Below are positions 21,164 through 32,303 of a stretch of 64,000 bases of DNA, one piece after another. The notes beneath the pieces are model-generated. The model saw only the letters and a program-made list of their open reading frames with translations, was not told where the DNA came from and did not search any database. The position numbers and the translations under genes are program-made. Source of the DNA: Rebecca billardiae RCC1528 (lineage: Eukaryota > Protista > Haptophyta); NCBI GenBank assembly GCA_965240325.2, contig OZ251239.1, forward strand, positions 806,001 through 870,000. The letters run 5' to 3'. Each line of letters starts with the position of its first letter. Within the stretch, counting starts at the first letter, position 1.

Positions 21164-23032
21164 CTACATCCCAGAGCGCGGCTCCGTGCGAGGTCGCTTC
21201 GGGCCCGACGGGGCGCCTTGACGGGCGGCAGCGAACAACGGCGCAGGCTGCGCCGTAAAGAAGTCGCGCAGGGTCCTTGCCTTGGGTGCGGCTCGCGGAG
21301 GCGGCCTCGCGGGCTGGGCGACAGTCGCGTCCGCGGGCGGCTCGCGGGCCGCACAGTCCGAGTCTGCACGAGCTGCCGTGCCCTCCGCGCCGCCGGCGCC
21401 GTTGGTGGCCGGTGGAGCGTGTGCATGCTGGCCCACGCGCATCTGGGCCGATGCGGACACGGGGGCGGCCGTGCTCGACGCGTCAGCCGAGGCCTCGGCG
21501 CCCGCTCCAGGGGGCGCGCGAGCCGTCGCGATCGGCGCGGGCTGGGGCGCAGCGCGTGCGGCCAGCGCGGGCGCTGCTCTGCCGGGTGGCTGCGGCTGAG
21601 ACTGGGGCGCGCTGCGCACGGCACCAGCGGCCGGCTTGGCGACGAGCGCCGTCGCCGCGCCCACCTCCGCCTCCGCCGCGCGCTCCGCCGCCGCCCGGCA
21701 CGCCTCCTCGTACGCGCGCACGCTCGCGCCCGGTGCCGGGCGCAGCAGCACGATCGAGTTGTCCGCGCACCCGGCCGCGACCAGCTGGGTGCGAGCGTGG
21801 CGGGCGATGGCGACCGGCGGCGCGTGCAGCCGCACTGTGTGTGACCAGGGGCGCGCGCCCAGCTCGAGCGAGACGCACGCGAGCAGCCCGCCGCCGTGCA
21901 GCGCGCCCGCGGGCATCCACACGTGCGCGGGGCCGCACCCGTCCGCAGCGAGCGCCGGCTTGCGCCGCGAGATGGCCCACTGCGGCGCCCACGCGGGGAG
22001 CCAGCCTGCGGACGCGCCGCCGCCCGGCTCGGCGGCGGCGGCGGCGCGGTGCGGCAGCGTCCTCTGCGCGCCGCTCTCGTAGTCGAGGACGCTCAGCTCG
22101 CCCGTCCCGAGCTGCGCCAGTACCGCGCTCGCGCCTACGCGCGCGCGCACGTCGCACAGCGCGATCGACTCGATGCAGCCCTTGTGCGTCGCGGAGTTGC
22201 ACGTGCGCACGTGCGCGCGCGCGGCCGCGCCGTGCCGCACGTCCCACACGAGCAGCTTGCCGCTCTTGGTCGCGGCGAGGACGAGGGCGCCGTCGGCGGA
22301 GCTCGCGATCGAGGTGATCGGCCCCTCGTTCGCCTGCGCCTCGAACAGCCCCTGCCGCAGCTGCACCGGCCGGCTGCCCGCGCGCTCGTCCCACAGGTGC
22401 AGCCGGCCGTCCGAGCCGCCCGCGGCGATGCCGTGGTGCGCGTGCAGGTACTCGACGTCCGTCAGGCCCTGGCAGCCCGGCGGCGCCTTGAGGCGGCGCG
22501 ACGGCGAGGTCGAGAGCGCGGCGATGTCGTACAGCTGCACCTCGCCCACCGACGAGAAGGCGCACGCGATCTGGTTGTCGTCGCGCACGCTCCAGCGCAG
22601 CGCGCTCGACTTGTGGCCCGTGCGCACCACAAACGCGGGCGGCGGCGCGAGGCCGAAAGAGCCACCCTTGGCGCACGCGAGCTGGTCGAGCGTGTGCAGC
22701 GTGAGCACGCCGGACGTCGAGCAGCTCGCGAGCAGCTCGCCGTCGCGGTCGAAGCGCACGTCCGAGACGTACGGCGTGGTCGAGAAGGACGGCCTGGGCG
22801 GCAGCTCGTCGACGCCCGCGCCGTGCAGCCGGACGAGGGGCAGGGCCTCCATGCTCTCGACGAGGCGGCGCATGCACGTGGTGTGCAGCGTCGGGTGCTT
22901 GCCCGGGCGTCGCCAGGCGATCTCATGCGCCCGGATCAGCGCGGGCAGGCCACCCTGCGCCCGGATCAGCGCGGGCAGGCTACCCTGCGCCGTTCGAATC
23001 CCAACCACCTCCCCACCGCGGGTGCGCACCAT
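21164..23032 (-). CDS. WD40-repeat protein
   Basis: VRFDRDGELLASC, AAGGSDGRLHLWD, LAATKSGKLLVWD, VAAGCADNSIVL; start uncertain. Confidence 0.8.
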   Translation of the reverse strand: MVRTRGGEVVGIRTAQGSLPALIRAQGGLPALIRAHEIAWRRPGKHPTLHTTCMRRLVESMEALPLVRLHGAGVDELPPRPSFSTTPYVSDVRFDRDGELLASCSTSGVLTLHTLDQLACAKGGSFGLAPPPAFVVRTGHKSSALRWSVRDDNQIACAFSSVGEVQLYDIAALSTSPSRRLKAPPGCQGLTDVEYLHAHHGIAAGGSDGRLHLWDERAGSRPVQLRQGLFEAQANEGPITSIASSADGALVLAATKSGKLLVWDVRHGAAARAHVRTCNSATHKGCIESIALCDVRARVGASAVLAQLGTGELSVLDYESGAQRTLPHRAAAAAEPGGGASAGWLPAWAPQWAISRRKPALAADGCGPAHVWMPAGALHGGGLLACVSLELGARPWSHTVRLHAPPVAIARHARTQLVAAGCADNSIVLLRPAPGASVRAYEEACRAAAERAAEAEVGAATALVAKPAAGAVRSAPQSQPQPPGRAAPALAARAAPQPAPIATARAPPGAGAEASADASSTAAPVSASAQMRVGQHAHAPPATNGAGGAEGTAARADSDCAAREPPADATVAQPARPPPRAAPKARTLRDFFTAQPAPLFAAARQGAPSGPKRPRTEPRSGM

Positions 23033-23244
23033 CGTCGTCGCAAGCGACCAACCGTCTTCGCGGGGCCGGTCGGTCCGGACGCGGGCCGGGGCGGCCCCTT
23101 TGCCCTGAATGCCCTCCGCTGAGCTCGAAGCTTTCGCTTCCGCGGACGACTGACGAAGGCCCAAACGCCCAAGGCGTGCGCCGTGCGGTGATCAAAGGAG
23201 GGCGGTCGCCCAGGTGGCGCGCGCGGGGGCTGTTGGGGGCGCGC

Positions 23245-24645
23245 ATGGCGGACGCCTCCGAGCGGTGGGACGTGTGGGGCTTCGTCCGGCCCACTTCGCC
23301 CGTCGTCGTGGAGGAGACGCCCCCCAGCTCGCCCACCGGCGGCTCGCCCTTCTTCCCGTCGCCGCCGTTCCCCGTGCTGCCGCCCATGCCAGGCCCGGTG
23401 GTGCAGATGCGCGAGGAGCACCGCGAGCGCGCGCGCACGAGCCACGAGGTGCGCTGGAGCCGGTACTGGCGCGGGCTGACCGAGCGCAGCGGCGGCTCGA
23501 GCCCCATGGAGCTCGATCCGGACGACCGCGAGCTGCAGCAGCTCGTGCGCGGCGGGATTGCCGTCGCGTTCCGCGGCGCGGTCTGGTCGCTGCTGTGCGC
23601 CGTGCCGCCGCAGCAGGTGCAGCTGGGCAAGGCGTACGTGGCGCTGCAGCACGCCGACGCCGACGAGGCCGCGGCCGACGCGGAGCGCCAGATCGACCTC
23701 GACATCGAGCGCACGTGGCCGCAGCACCGGCGCATGGACGACGAGGCGAGGCTGGCGCTGCGGCGCGTGCTCGTCGCGCTCTCGCGCGCGGCGCCGGACG
23801 TGGGGTACTGCCAGGGGCTGAACCACGTGGCGGCGACGTTCCTGCTCTTCGCGCCCGAGGTCGACGCCTTCGCGATGGTGCGCCACGTGATGCGCACCGT
23901 GCTCCCCGAGGGCTGGTACGACCAGTCGCTCTCCGCGTCCGCGGCGGAGGCGCGCGTGACGGGCGAGCTGATCGCGCGCACGGACCGGCCGCTCGCGGAG
24001 CGGATGCGCGCGATGGGCGTGGAGGCGTCGATGATCACGACGCAGTGGTTCCTGTGCATGTTCGTCCACTGCCTCCCCTTCGACGTCGCGCTGCGCGTGT
24101 GGGACTGCGTGCTCCTCGCGGGCGCCGCGCGGCGCGAGGGCGCCGAGTGCGGCGCGGACGTGCTGCAGCGCGTGGCGCTCGCGCTGCTGCGGCTGCACCG
24201 GACCGCGCTGCTCAAGGCGCGGCACGCGGGCGACTTCGTGCGCGCGGCCGCGGAGGCGGTGCGCTCGACGGACAACGCCGAGGCCCTCATCCGCACCGCG
24301 TACCGCACCTCGCCCGTCAGCAACTTCCCGCCGCCCGCCGAGCTCGCCGAGCTGAGACGCGTGCACCGCGCCGCGGTCGACCTCGAGCTCGCGCGCGTGC
24401 TCGAGCAGCGCGAGCGGCTGCGGAGGGAGCGCAGCGCCGACGCGGCGGTGGGCACGGGCGCGGCGGGCGGCGAGGCGGCGCGCGACGCGCCCGAGGGCGC
24501 CGCGCCGCGCTCGGGGGCGCCGCCGCCGGGGGTACATCAGCTGACCGCGCCGGGCGAGCGGGCGGCGCGCGCCGAGCCTGCTGGCACAAACTGGCGGCAC
24601 GCGATCAGCTCGTTGGCCGGCGCATTCGCTCGGGCTAATCACTGA
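23245..24645 (+). CDS. TBC-domain Rab GTPase-activating protein
   Basis: LVRGGIAVAFRGAVW, QIDLDIERT (Arg finger), VGYCQGLN (Gln finger), QWFLCMF, LRVWD. Confidence 0.92.
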   Translation: MADASERWDVWGFVRPTSPVVVEETPPSSPTGGSPFFPSPPFPVLPPMPGPVVQMREEHRERARTSHEVRWSRYWRGLTERSGGSSPMELDPDDRELQQLVRGGIAVAFRGAVWSLLCAVPPQQVQLGKAYVALQHADADEAAADAERQIDLDIERTWPQHRRMDDEARLALRRVLVALSRAAPDVGYCQGLNHVAATFLLFAPEVDAFAMVRHVMRTVLPEGWYDQSLSASAAEARVTGELIARTDRPLAERMRAMGVEASMITTQWFLCMFVHCLPFDVALRVWDCVLLAGAARREGAECGADVLQRVALALLRLHRTALLKARHAGDFVRAAAEAVRSTDNAEALIRTAYRTSPVSNFPPPAELAELRRVHRAAVDLELARVLEQRERLRRERSADAAVGTGAAGGEAARDAPEGAAPRSGAPPPGVHQLTAPGERAARAEPAGTNWRHAISSLAGAFARANH

Positions 24646-24963
24646 GCGGCACAGTCAGCTCGTTGGTCGGTGCACTCGCTCGGCGCGCCGCCCCCGCCCA
24701 GCGCAGAGCAGGGCCTTGCGCCGAGGCCCGCGAGCTCGGGCTAGGCGTCGCGCGTGGCGCACTTGGCGATGGCGCGCCGTGCGCCGACCGTATTGTATGA
24801 CGCTGCACTGTCGTAGCGTCGCCGCCGGGACGCCCGGCCACGGCCACCGGGGCAGTCCGCGGAGTCCGCCTGGCGGAGCGCTGGCAGACGAGCCTACTAC
24901 GACTGTTGGATATCGCGTGTCGTCATCGCGTATAGCTATAATGCACTTTGACGACTGGCCGAG

Positions 24964-26237
24964 GGCTCCGGCTTCGGTTGACCCCTGCCAGTCCGGTCAT
25001 AGAAACCGGGCGTACCGAAAATGAAAACGACCTTCGCGAGGTCGCACGGAGGCGGTCGAAGGCTTGCTGGACTCGGGTTGGCGAGCTGAGCGCGAATCCG
25101 CACCGTTTGCCGCGATCGCTTGTTTTTACACGGCGCCAGAGCCCGATTTTCACCATTTCTACTGGGAGTCCGGGTACTTTTATTGGCCTTTTGCCCACTA
25201 TGGTGGTGCGGGCGCGGGTCGCGTTGGACGTGCCCATCGTGTTCGACACCGACGTCTCGGACGAACAGCTGGGAGGTAATCTTGGCGACCGCGATGCCGA
25301 GCACCTCTTTGCGGTCGCGCGTGACCTGGAGATCGTGCACACGGTGTCTGACACGACCTCGTCAGTGCACCACGGTCGGTGCAAGCCTCTCTGCACGTTG
25401 CGCCGTCTCCGGACCTCTGCAATCAGATCAAGGTGAACATGTCGAGGACGCACAACACGATGGAGCGGATGCTTTTCCATCTCGTCGTCGATATGCTCAG
25501 GCCTCTCTGTCTGGACGAGTACTTTGTGATCCTTACGCGCTCGACACTGCAAGTCGCGACGAGGGCGACTCACGAGCCCGAGACAAGCAGCAAGCGGCAG
25601 AAGGAGGCGGACGGGCAGTGGTGGACGATGGGGGGGCGAGTCTGATTTCAAGCGATACGCGCGCATGGATCTTGACCGGCGCTCGCGCGAGCTGGGCACC
25701 GGCGAGATCGAGAGCGACACGATCGTCCGCGGCGTTGTCGTGCTCACGCCCGTGCAACCGATCACGCCTGACTTTCAGCGGCGCCCCAGCACGCGGCACG
25801 AGGCGGAGGCACGCGGCAGCGGCGGCGGAGCGGCCGCGTCTGGCGGTGTACCAGCTGAGAGAAGAGCGCGGCACAATGCTATGCGCGCGCAGCTGACCAA
25901 CCAGAGCGCGCTCGCAAGTGCGGGGCGGTGAGCTGCCGTGAGGCGTGACATGGTCATGGCGTGCGTATCACGTCGATGCATGAATGGAATACAAGTTCCG
26001 TCAGAAATACCCGCGTCAATATGCATTTACCCATGTTTCGGATTTCGGTCAGATTTCTGTATGTGTCACTTATAAAAATTGAGCCTGAAACATATTGGGA
26101 GGTGGGTGTATGCTCAATGTCGCTTTGAAGTCATCAATCCGGGGTCGGGAGGGACCCGGCTATATGGTCCGCTCGAGTGACTTCGACTCGGTTCTCAGAA
26201 TGCCCGCCACTGGCAGGGGTCAACCGAATCCGGAGCC
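24964..26237. mobile_element. Non-autonomous TIR element, 4-bp TSD (CGAG)
   Basis: GGCTCCGGCTTCGGTTGACCCCTGCCAGT ... ACTGGCAGGGGTCAACCGAATCCGGAGCC; CGAG at 24960-24963 and 26238-26241. Confidence 0.85.
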
Positions 26238-26241
26238 CGAG

Positions 26242-26442
<201 letters not shown>

Positions 26443-26584
26443 TACTGCTCGGTATGCGTGATGTCGCGACGTCGTCCTGTGAGTGTGAATCAGAATCGGC
26501 CGCCTCGGCCTCGGGCTCGGAATCGGATGAGGCTGATGAGTAATGGCAGTGCCACTGCCAGTCTCACAGCCAGTGATATGAATC

Positions 26585-27106
26585 GGCTCTGGCTCCGGTT
26601 GACCCCCGTGCCAGTCCGGTCATAGAAAGCGGGCGCGTACCGAAAATGATCTTCGCATTCCTGCGGCCGAATGAACGCCCGAAGTGTCCCACAGGGCTCC
26701 AAGTAGGGTTACTATGGATGGCCAATCAATAAGTGCCCAGGGTGTGAAACTCAGTTTGTGACTACTTCAGGCTACTCTATTTTTCATAGCTATTTACCCA
26801 GTCCGGTGACATATTTCCAATAGCTACGGGTGCATCCGGATCGCTCCCGGACCGTGTTCTGACCAGAGTCTGAAATGGGTAAATACATAGTAAAATAGCT
26901 AGAGTCTGAACTGCTATGGAGGAATAAGTGCTTGTTGGCCCAATAATATATATATATATCGCTCTGAAGTCATCATCTACGACATCTACTATCTAGGCAT
27001 CATCCATTGAGGTCCTCCTGTAGTGCGGCAGTTTTTGACACGAGTGACTTCATGAAGGAGCTCACAGTGCCCGTCTCTGGCAGGGGTCCGAACCGAAGCC
27101 AGAGCC
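26585..27106. mobile_element. Shorter relative of the same TIR family, 4-bp TSD (AATC)
   Basis: GGCTCTGGCTCCGGTTGACCCC... and ...GGGGTCCGAACCGAAGCCAGAGCC; AATC at 26581-26584 and 27107-27110; left end resembles that of 24964 (GTCATAGAAA..GTACCGAAAATGA). Confidence 0.82.
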
Positions 27107-27313
27107 AATCTGTGATCGGCCTGACTGAGACAGTCTACATCGTCATCGGTCAGCTAGTAGTGACGACGACTGTCGAGTGACTGAGTGAGCGTCGGCACCG
27201 CTCGGCACGCTCACGCCGGCTCACGGCTCAGACGCTCAGTCACTGGCTGCTCTGAGTCTGCTCTGAGGGCTTCCGTAGCGCTGTAGCATGCAGCACTGTC
27301 CGACGACGGTAGC

Positions 27314-29701
27314 TTACACCCGCTGGTTGATGCCGAAGAAGCCCGGCTGCTTGCCACCCGCCGCCGCGCCCTTCTTCCCCGCCGGCGCATCGGTGTCGCT
27401 CGCAGCAGCGCTTCGCGCCTCGGACGGCTTGGCCGGCCGCTTGCCCGCGCGCCCCGCGGGCGCGCCGCCCTCGTCGGCGGCCATGATGGCCTGCACCTCC
27501 ATCGCCGACTCGCGCGGCTGCGGCCTCAGCCGGTGGTACAGCCGCCTGGCCGGCCCGGGCACGAGCGTGCCGCGCGTGTGCAGCACATACGCCAGCACGA
27601 AGACGACGAGCCCCGCCGCGCCCAGCGCCACGCCCAGCGAGAGCGACTCCTCGTCGATCTCGCGCGGGCGTGCGGCGAGCCTGAGCAGCTCCTTGTACCG
27701 GAGCGAGTCGTCAGAGTCGCGCGTCATGCGCGTCGACACCTCGGAGAAGGCGCTCCAGCCGTCGGCGTTGCGCGCGCGCACGCGGAAGGCGTGTGTGATG
27801 CCCGCCGGGAGCTGGTCGACCGTCACGTTCGTCACGTTCCCCTCGAACGTGCCCACGCCGTCCCACGTGTCGCCGCCGTCGTCGCTCAGCTCGAGCCGCC
27901 ACTCGGAGATCTGCTCCGGCTTGGACGCGTCGAGCGCGCCCGCGGCCACGCTCTCGTTGGCGGCCGCCCAGAGGACGAGGACGCCGTCGACGCCGACGGC
28001 CTCGGTCTGCGTGATGAGCGGCGCGCTGGGCACGTTGGGCTGCACGTGGATCACCCCCTTCTGCGAGCGGTTCGAGAAGTTGTTGTTGCGCGTCGAGATG
28101 AAGTTGTACGTGCCCGGCTTGAGCTGCAGCAGGCCGAGGTCGATCGTGGGCGAGGCGCGATTGAGCTTCTCGCAGTTGTTCGCGGCCTGCTCGGCGGGGT
28201 CGTCGGCGGCGCGCGCGCAGCCCGTCTGCCGGAGCAGCGCGAACTCGCGCGCAAGGTCGTCCTGCGAGCGCTCCGACTCGCCGTCGAGCGTCATCTCGCC
28301 GAGCACGTCGAACATGGTCGCGCCGTCCTTGTGCAGCGGCAACGAGTGGCCCGCGTGGTCGAGCTGCACGATGTTGGAGCGGTCGGTGCCGTCGGTGCCC
28401 TCGCCGTTGTTCGCGCCGTTGTTCTGCGTGTTGTCGTTGCCCGTCCACTGGAAGTGCACCCACGCCTCGGGCGACACCGACAGCACCGACGGCGCGAAGT
28501 CGTACTCGACCGCAGGATAAGTTTGAACGATATTCCCGCGTTTGCCGCGCACGTTCAGGTTGTAGATCTTCTCGTCCTCGCCGATGCTGCGCGGCCGCTC
28601 GACGATGCGGAAGCGGAAGGTGCGGTCCTGGAACGTGCGGCCGTGCTGGTCGGTGTTCAGCGCGATCGAGAGCTGCGACTGCTCGCCGCCGTCGAAGCCG
28701 AACCCCACGTCCACGCGCGGGTCGGTCTTCACAGGCGAGTTGCCGTCGTTGGCGCGCGAGTCGAGCTCCCACGGCACGTCACGCGTCGAGATGTTGTACC
28801 GCACGCGCAGCACGCACGCGTCGGAGAGCTCGTGCGGGATGGTCCAGTTGAACATGGTGGTGTGCCCGCCCACCCCGTTGCCCAGGTGGTTGTCCCGCAG
28901 CCACGGCGCGGGCAGGCACAGCGGCGGCTCGAGGTCGTGCGCCGCCACCTCCTGCCAGTCGGCGCCCGCCTGCTCGCATGCGCGCGCGTTGTTGTGCGCG
29001 GGGTCGGAGCACACGTTCTTGGGCGCGACGTTGTGCGACTCGGCCTTGTAGTACTCGCAGCGCTCGGGCTCGGTGGTCAGCACCGCCACGTCCTTCCACA
29101 CGCTCGGGTGCCAGTACGGGTAGTAGTCGCGCTCCTCGGGGCATTCGAAGCCGTACCGGTTGTTGGCGCCGTTGTTCTGCTGCCGCGTGTTGATCGCGGC
29201 GTCGCGGTTGTTCATGGCCTGGTCGGCGGTCCAGAGGCCCTTGTTGCGCTCGCGCGCCTGGCAGTCCGTGTACGTGCTCACGGGCTCGTGCAGCCCGCGC
29301 GTCTGGTCGCCCGGGGCGGCGATGTCGATGCGCGTCGTCGTCGTGCCGTCGCGCACGTTCTCGTCGCCCTCGTCGTTGCAGTAGTACTGCACGATGAACT
29401 GGCAGCGCGCGTTGGCGTTGCCACACGAGTGCTGCGCCGTCCACTCCAGCGTGAGCTCCGAGCCCGCGATGAAGTGCATCGGCGGCGCCGGCTCGGCCGC
29501 CGTGCCGCCCATGCCGTACCCGCCCGCATTGTTGTTCTGCGAGTCGAACAGCCGGTTGGCGTTCTCGGTGTTGCCGTCGCCGCGGTCGAGCCGGTTGTTC
29601 GAGCCGCGCGGGTTGTGCAGGTAGATGTCGGCCCGAACGACGGGCGCCGCCGCCAGCAGCAGCGCGACCGCGCGCATGGCTCGCAGCGCGACCGCGCGCA
29701 T
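27314..29701 (-). CDS. DD3-3-like type I membrane protein with a fibronectin type III domain
   Basis: Signal peptide, DIYLHNPRGSNNRL, RLFDSQNN, ECPEERDYYPYWHP, NLNVRGKRGNIVQTYPAVEYDF, TRNNNFSNRSQKG; FN3-like (HAFRVRARNADGWSAFS) and a TM helix near the C-terminus. Confidence 0.82.
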   Translation of the reverse strand: MRAVALRAMRAVALLLAAAPVVRADIYLHNPRGSNNRLDRGDGNTENANRLFDSQNNNAGGYGMGGTAAEPAPPMHFIAGSELTLEWTAQHSCGNANARCQFIVQYYCNDEGDENVRDGTTTTRIDIAAPGDQTRGLHEPVSTYTDCQARERNKGLWTADQAMNNRDAAINTRQQNNGANNRYGFECPEERDYYPYWHPSVWKDVAVLTTEPERCEYYKAESHNVAPKNVCSDPAHNNARACEQAGADWQEVAAHDLEPPLCLPAPWLRDNHLGNGVGGHTTMFNWTIPHELSDACVLRVRYNISTRDVPWELDSRANDGNSPVKTDPRVDVGFGFDGGEQSQLSIALNTDQHGRTFQDRTFRFRIVERPRSIGEDEKIYNLNVRGKRGNIVQTYPAVEYDFAPSVLSVSPEAWVHFQWTGNDNTQNNGANNGEGTDGTDRSNIVQLDHAGHSLPLHKDGATMFDVLGEMTLDGESERSQDDLAREFALLRQTGCARAADDPAEQAANNCEKLNRASPTIDLGLLQLKPGTYNFISTRNNNFSNRSQKGVIHVQPNVPSAPLITQTEAVGVDGVLVLWAAANESVAAGALDASKPEQISEWRLELSDDGGDTWDGVGTFEGNVTNVTVDQLPAGITHAFRVRARNADGWSAFSEVSTRMTRDSDDSLRYKELLRLAARPREIDEESLSLGVALGAAGLVVFVLAYVLHTRGTLVPGPARRLYHRLRPQPRESAMEVQAIMAADEGGAPAGRAGKRPAKPSEARSAAASDTDAPAGKKGAAAGGKQPGFFGINQRV

Positions 29702-29926
29702 GGCCCGCCGCGCGCTGCGACGGCCTTAGCCGAGCGAGGGGGTCAGGGGGACGCGAAAAGTGTCAGCCGGGCAGCCGGCTGGCCGCCGAGCAAGTTCCTC
29801 GCCCGCGTTGGCCAAGTGAAAGTCCGGGCTGCTCTCCAGCTCACCAGGGCGGTCCGGGGCCGCCCCCCGGCCGGGCCGGGCGGCACCGTCCTGCTCACAT
29901 TTCTTTGTGCTCACCGCACCAGCAGC

Positions 29927-31216
29927 ATGTCGGCCGCCGAGCTCGCCTGCGGCGAGCCGGTCACGGACAAGCGCCTGATCGCGGCGCTGCAGAAGGAGTG
30001 CCTCGCGCTGGCGCGGCAGCAGCACGGCGAGGGCGCCTTCCCCGGCTCCCAGCCCGTCTCGTTCGAGCGGAAGCACCTGGACAAGGCGCTGCACGCCAAG
30101 CCGTACTACGCGTGTGAGAAGACCGACGGCGTGCGGTACATGCTGCTCGCCTCGCAGCAGGGCGCGTTCATGGTCGACCGCAAGTTCAACCTGCGGCGTG
30201 TGCGCGTGCACCTCCCGCGCCGCGACAACCCGGCCGCGCAGGTGAGCGGCACGCTGCTCGACGGCGAGCTCGTCGAGGACGTGGAGAAGGAGAGCGGCGC
30301 GCGCACGCTGCGCTACCTCGTGTACGACGCGGTGTGCGTGCACGGCCGGCTGCTGCTCGGCGAGTCGCTGCCGATGCGGCTGCTGCACGTGCACAAGTTC
30401 GTGCTCGCGCCGCGCGCCGCCGACCGCTCGCACGACTACGCCGCCGAGCCCTTCACCCTCGAGCTCAAGCAGTTCTACTCGATGGCCGACCTGCGGTTTG
30501 TGTTTGAGCGCGTGATCCCCGACCTCGAGCACGAGAACGACGGCATCATCTTCACGCCCGTGGCCGAGCCGTACGTGCCGGGCACGTGCCACACGCTGCT
30601 CAAGTGGAAGCCCGCGCACATGAACACGGTCGACTTCAAGCTGATCACCGTGTACCGCACGCGCGAGCCGCGGTACCAGCTCGGCGCGGGGCGCAACGGC
30701 GTGACCGTGCCGCACGCGTGGCTCGACGTGACGGACGAGGAGCGGCAGCAGCTGCGCGGCCTGGACGGGCGGATCATCGAGTGCTGGTACGACCACGAGT
30801 GGCACACGACCAAGTACGCCGACGGGCGCGACTGGTCCTACTCGGTCACCGAGCCCGGTGGCTGGCGGTACATGCGTCCGCGCGAGGACAAGCACACGCC
30901 CAACGACGAGGGCGTGATCGCCAAGGTGATCCGCTCGATCCAGGACAACGTGCGGCAGGACGAGCTGCTCGCCGCGATCGAGGGCGGGGACGAGCCGGTG
31001 GACGGCGCGCCGCCGGCCGCGCACGCCGGGCCTGGCGCCGCCGACGCGGACAGAGGCCCGGCCAGCGCGCCTGCAGCCGCGCCGTCTCCGCGCGACGACC
31101 GCGCGACTCTGGACCGACCGGGCGCGAATGGCGGCGGCAACGAGCTGGCTGATGGCGCGGCGATCGACGGTGATTTGCCAACGCGACGATCGATGCCGAC
31201 GACAGATCGACGATAG
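29927..31216 (+). CDS. mRNA capping enzyme, guanylyltransferase (stand-alone)
   Basis: FPGSQPVS, EKTDGVRY (motif I KxDG), LLDGELV, YLVYD, DGIIFTP, LKWKP, IIECW, RPREDKHTPN. Confidence 0.93.
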   Translation: MSAAELACGEPVTDKRLIAALQKECLALARQQHGEGAFPGSQPVSFERKHLDKALHAKPYYACEKTDGVRYMLLASQQGAFMVDRKFNLRRVRVHLPRRDNPAAQVSGTLLDGELVEDVEKESGARTLRYLVYDAVCVHGRLLLGESLPMRLLHVHKFVLAPRAADRSHDYAAEPFTLELKQFYSMADLRFVFERVIPDLEHENDGIIFTPVAEPYVPGTCHTLLKWKPAHMNTVDFKLITVYRTREPRYQLGAGRNGVTVPHAWLDVTDEERQQLRGLDGRIIECWYDHEWHTTKYADGRDWSYSVTEPGGWRYMRPREDKHTPNDEGVIAKVIRSIQDNVRQDELLAAIEGGDEPVDGAPPAAHAGPGAADADRGPASAPAAAPSPRDDRATLDRPGANGGGNELADGAAIDGDLPTRRSMPTTDRR

Positions 31217-31594
31217 ATGCCGGGTCAAATTCTTATAGCGCGCGCACACACATATATAATTCGTCAGTCGTGACGGCGCCGTGCCCGCGCGCCGGCAGAC
31301 GTGTCGTGACGTGAGTCTGACGCTCACTAGTCACTCTGACTCACTCTGAGTCTGAGACTGAGACTTAGAGTGAGACTGGTTGACCAATGACGGGCACTCG
31401 GCGCAGCGGGCGCCGGCCTTGACTCTCTGATGTGATCAGTCAAGTCGTTGCGTCAGCAGGCCCGGCTGCCGGCATCCCGGCGAGACCCGAGGTGCCAGGC
31501 GAGGCCGTCGTCATCATCAGCGCCGCCCTCGCATCATCATCATCAGTGCAGTGCATGTCCTAAACTGGAATCATCGCTCATCTCAATCGTCGTC

Positions 31595-32134
31595 TCATTC
31601 ATGACGGTGGTCTGTGCTGGACGACGAGGCGGCGGGAGTCTCGCCCTTTGGCGGCGTGTCCAGCCGCCGCTCGAGAGACTCGTTTGAGTGGACGATCAGC
31701 TCGACGCTTGCCGGCTTCCACCCGAGTATGCTCGACATGACAGAGCGCTGCTCGCGCATCACGTACGTAGTTCGCTCGCCACCCGCACGCGCCGCGTCCT
31801 TCTGCGCTTCGAGCTCCAGGGCCTCGTGCAGGTCCCGGCGCAGGACGGCCAGTGAGGAGGTGGGCTGCAAGTCGAACAGCGCCTGCAGCGTGCCCTGCTG
31901 CGCGCCAAGAATGGCGCCTATGCTCGCCGACAGCATGGGGACCATCCAGCGCATCTCGCGCGAGATGCGCGGCACCGCGATCGTGGCGGCACGGCCGCCA
32001 ACGAGGCCGACTGCGGCGAAGGCTAGTGCGCTTGTGACGGACGACTTCACCACGTGGATCGCGTTGCCCAAGCTGTTCTCGGGCGCGTGCGAGGCGCGCA
32101 GCCCCGCCATGGGGTCACCGCTGCCGCCGATCAT
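31595..32134 (-). CDS. Small hypothetical protein with two hydrophobic segments
   Basis: Protein-like composition, ATG at 32134, head-to-head with the next gene. Confidence 0.5.
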   Translation of the reverse strand: MIGGSGDPMAGLRASHAPENSLGNAIHVVKSSVTSALAFAAVGLVGGRAATIAVPRISREMRWMVPMLSASIGAILGAQQGTLQALFDLQPTSSLAVLRRDLHEALELEAQKDAARAGGERTTYVMREQRSVMSSILGWKPASVELIVHSNESLERRLDTPPKGETPAASSSSTDHRHE

Positions 32135-32303
32135 GGTTGCGCGGATGGCGTAGGATGCGGCCGGGATCTTCTCGCGGCTTCCGAGGCAGTCCGGCGCGCC
32201 GGACTCCTGGTGCCGCCTCGGTCGGCGTCGCTCGCCCAGCGCTGGCGAGCCGAGCCAAGCGGACACGGCCCGCGAGCGAGCCAGCCTCGTCGGCGTGCGC
32301 AGC

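Noticed and set aside
27533-29926. Apparent 800-aa N-terminal extension of the capping enzyme
   Set aside because: It is the stop-free antisense frame of the DD3-3-like gene
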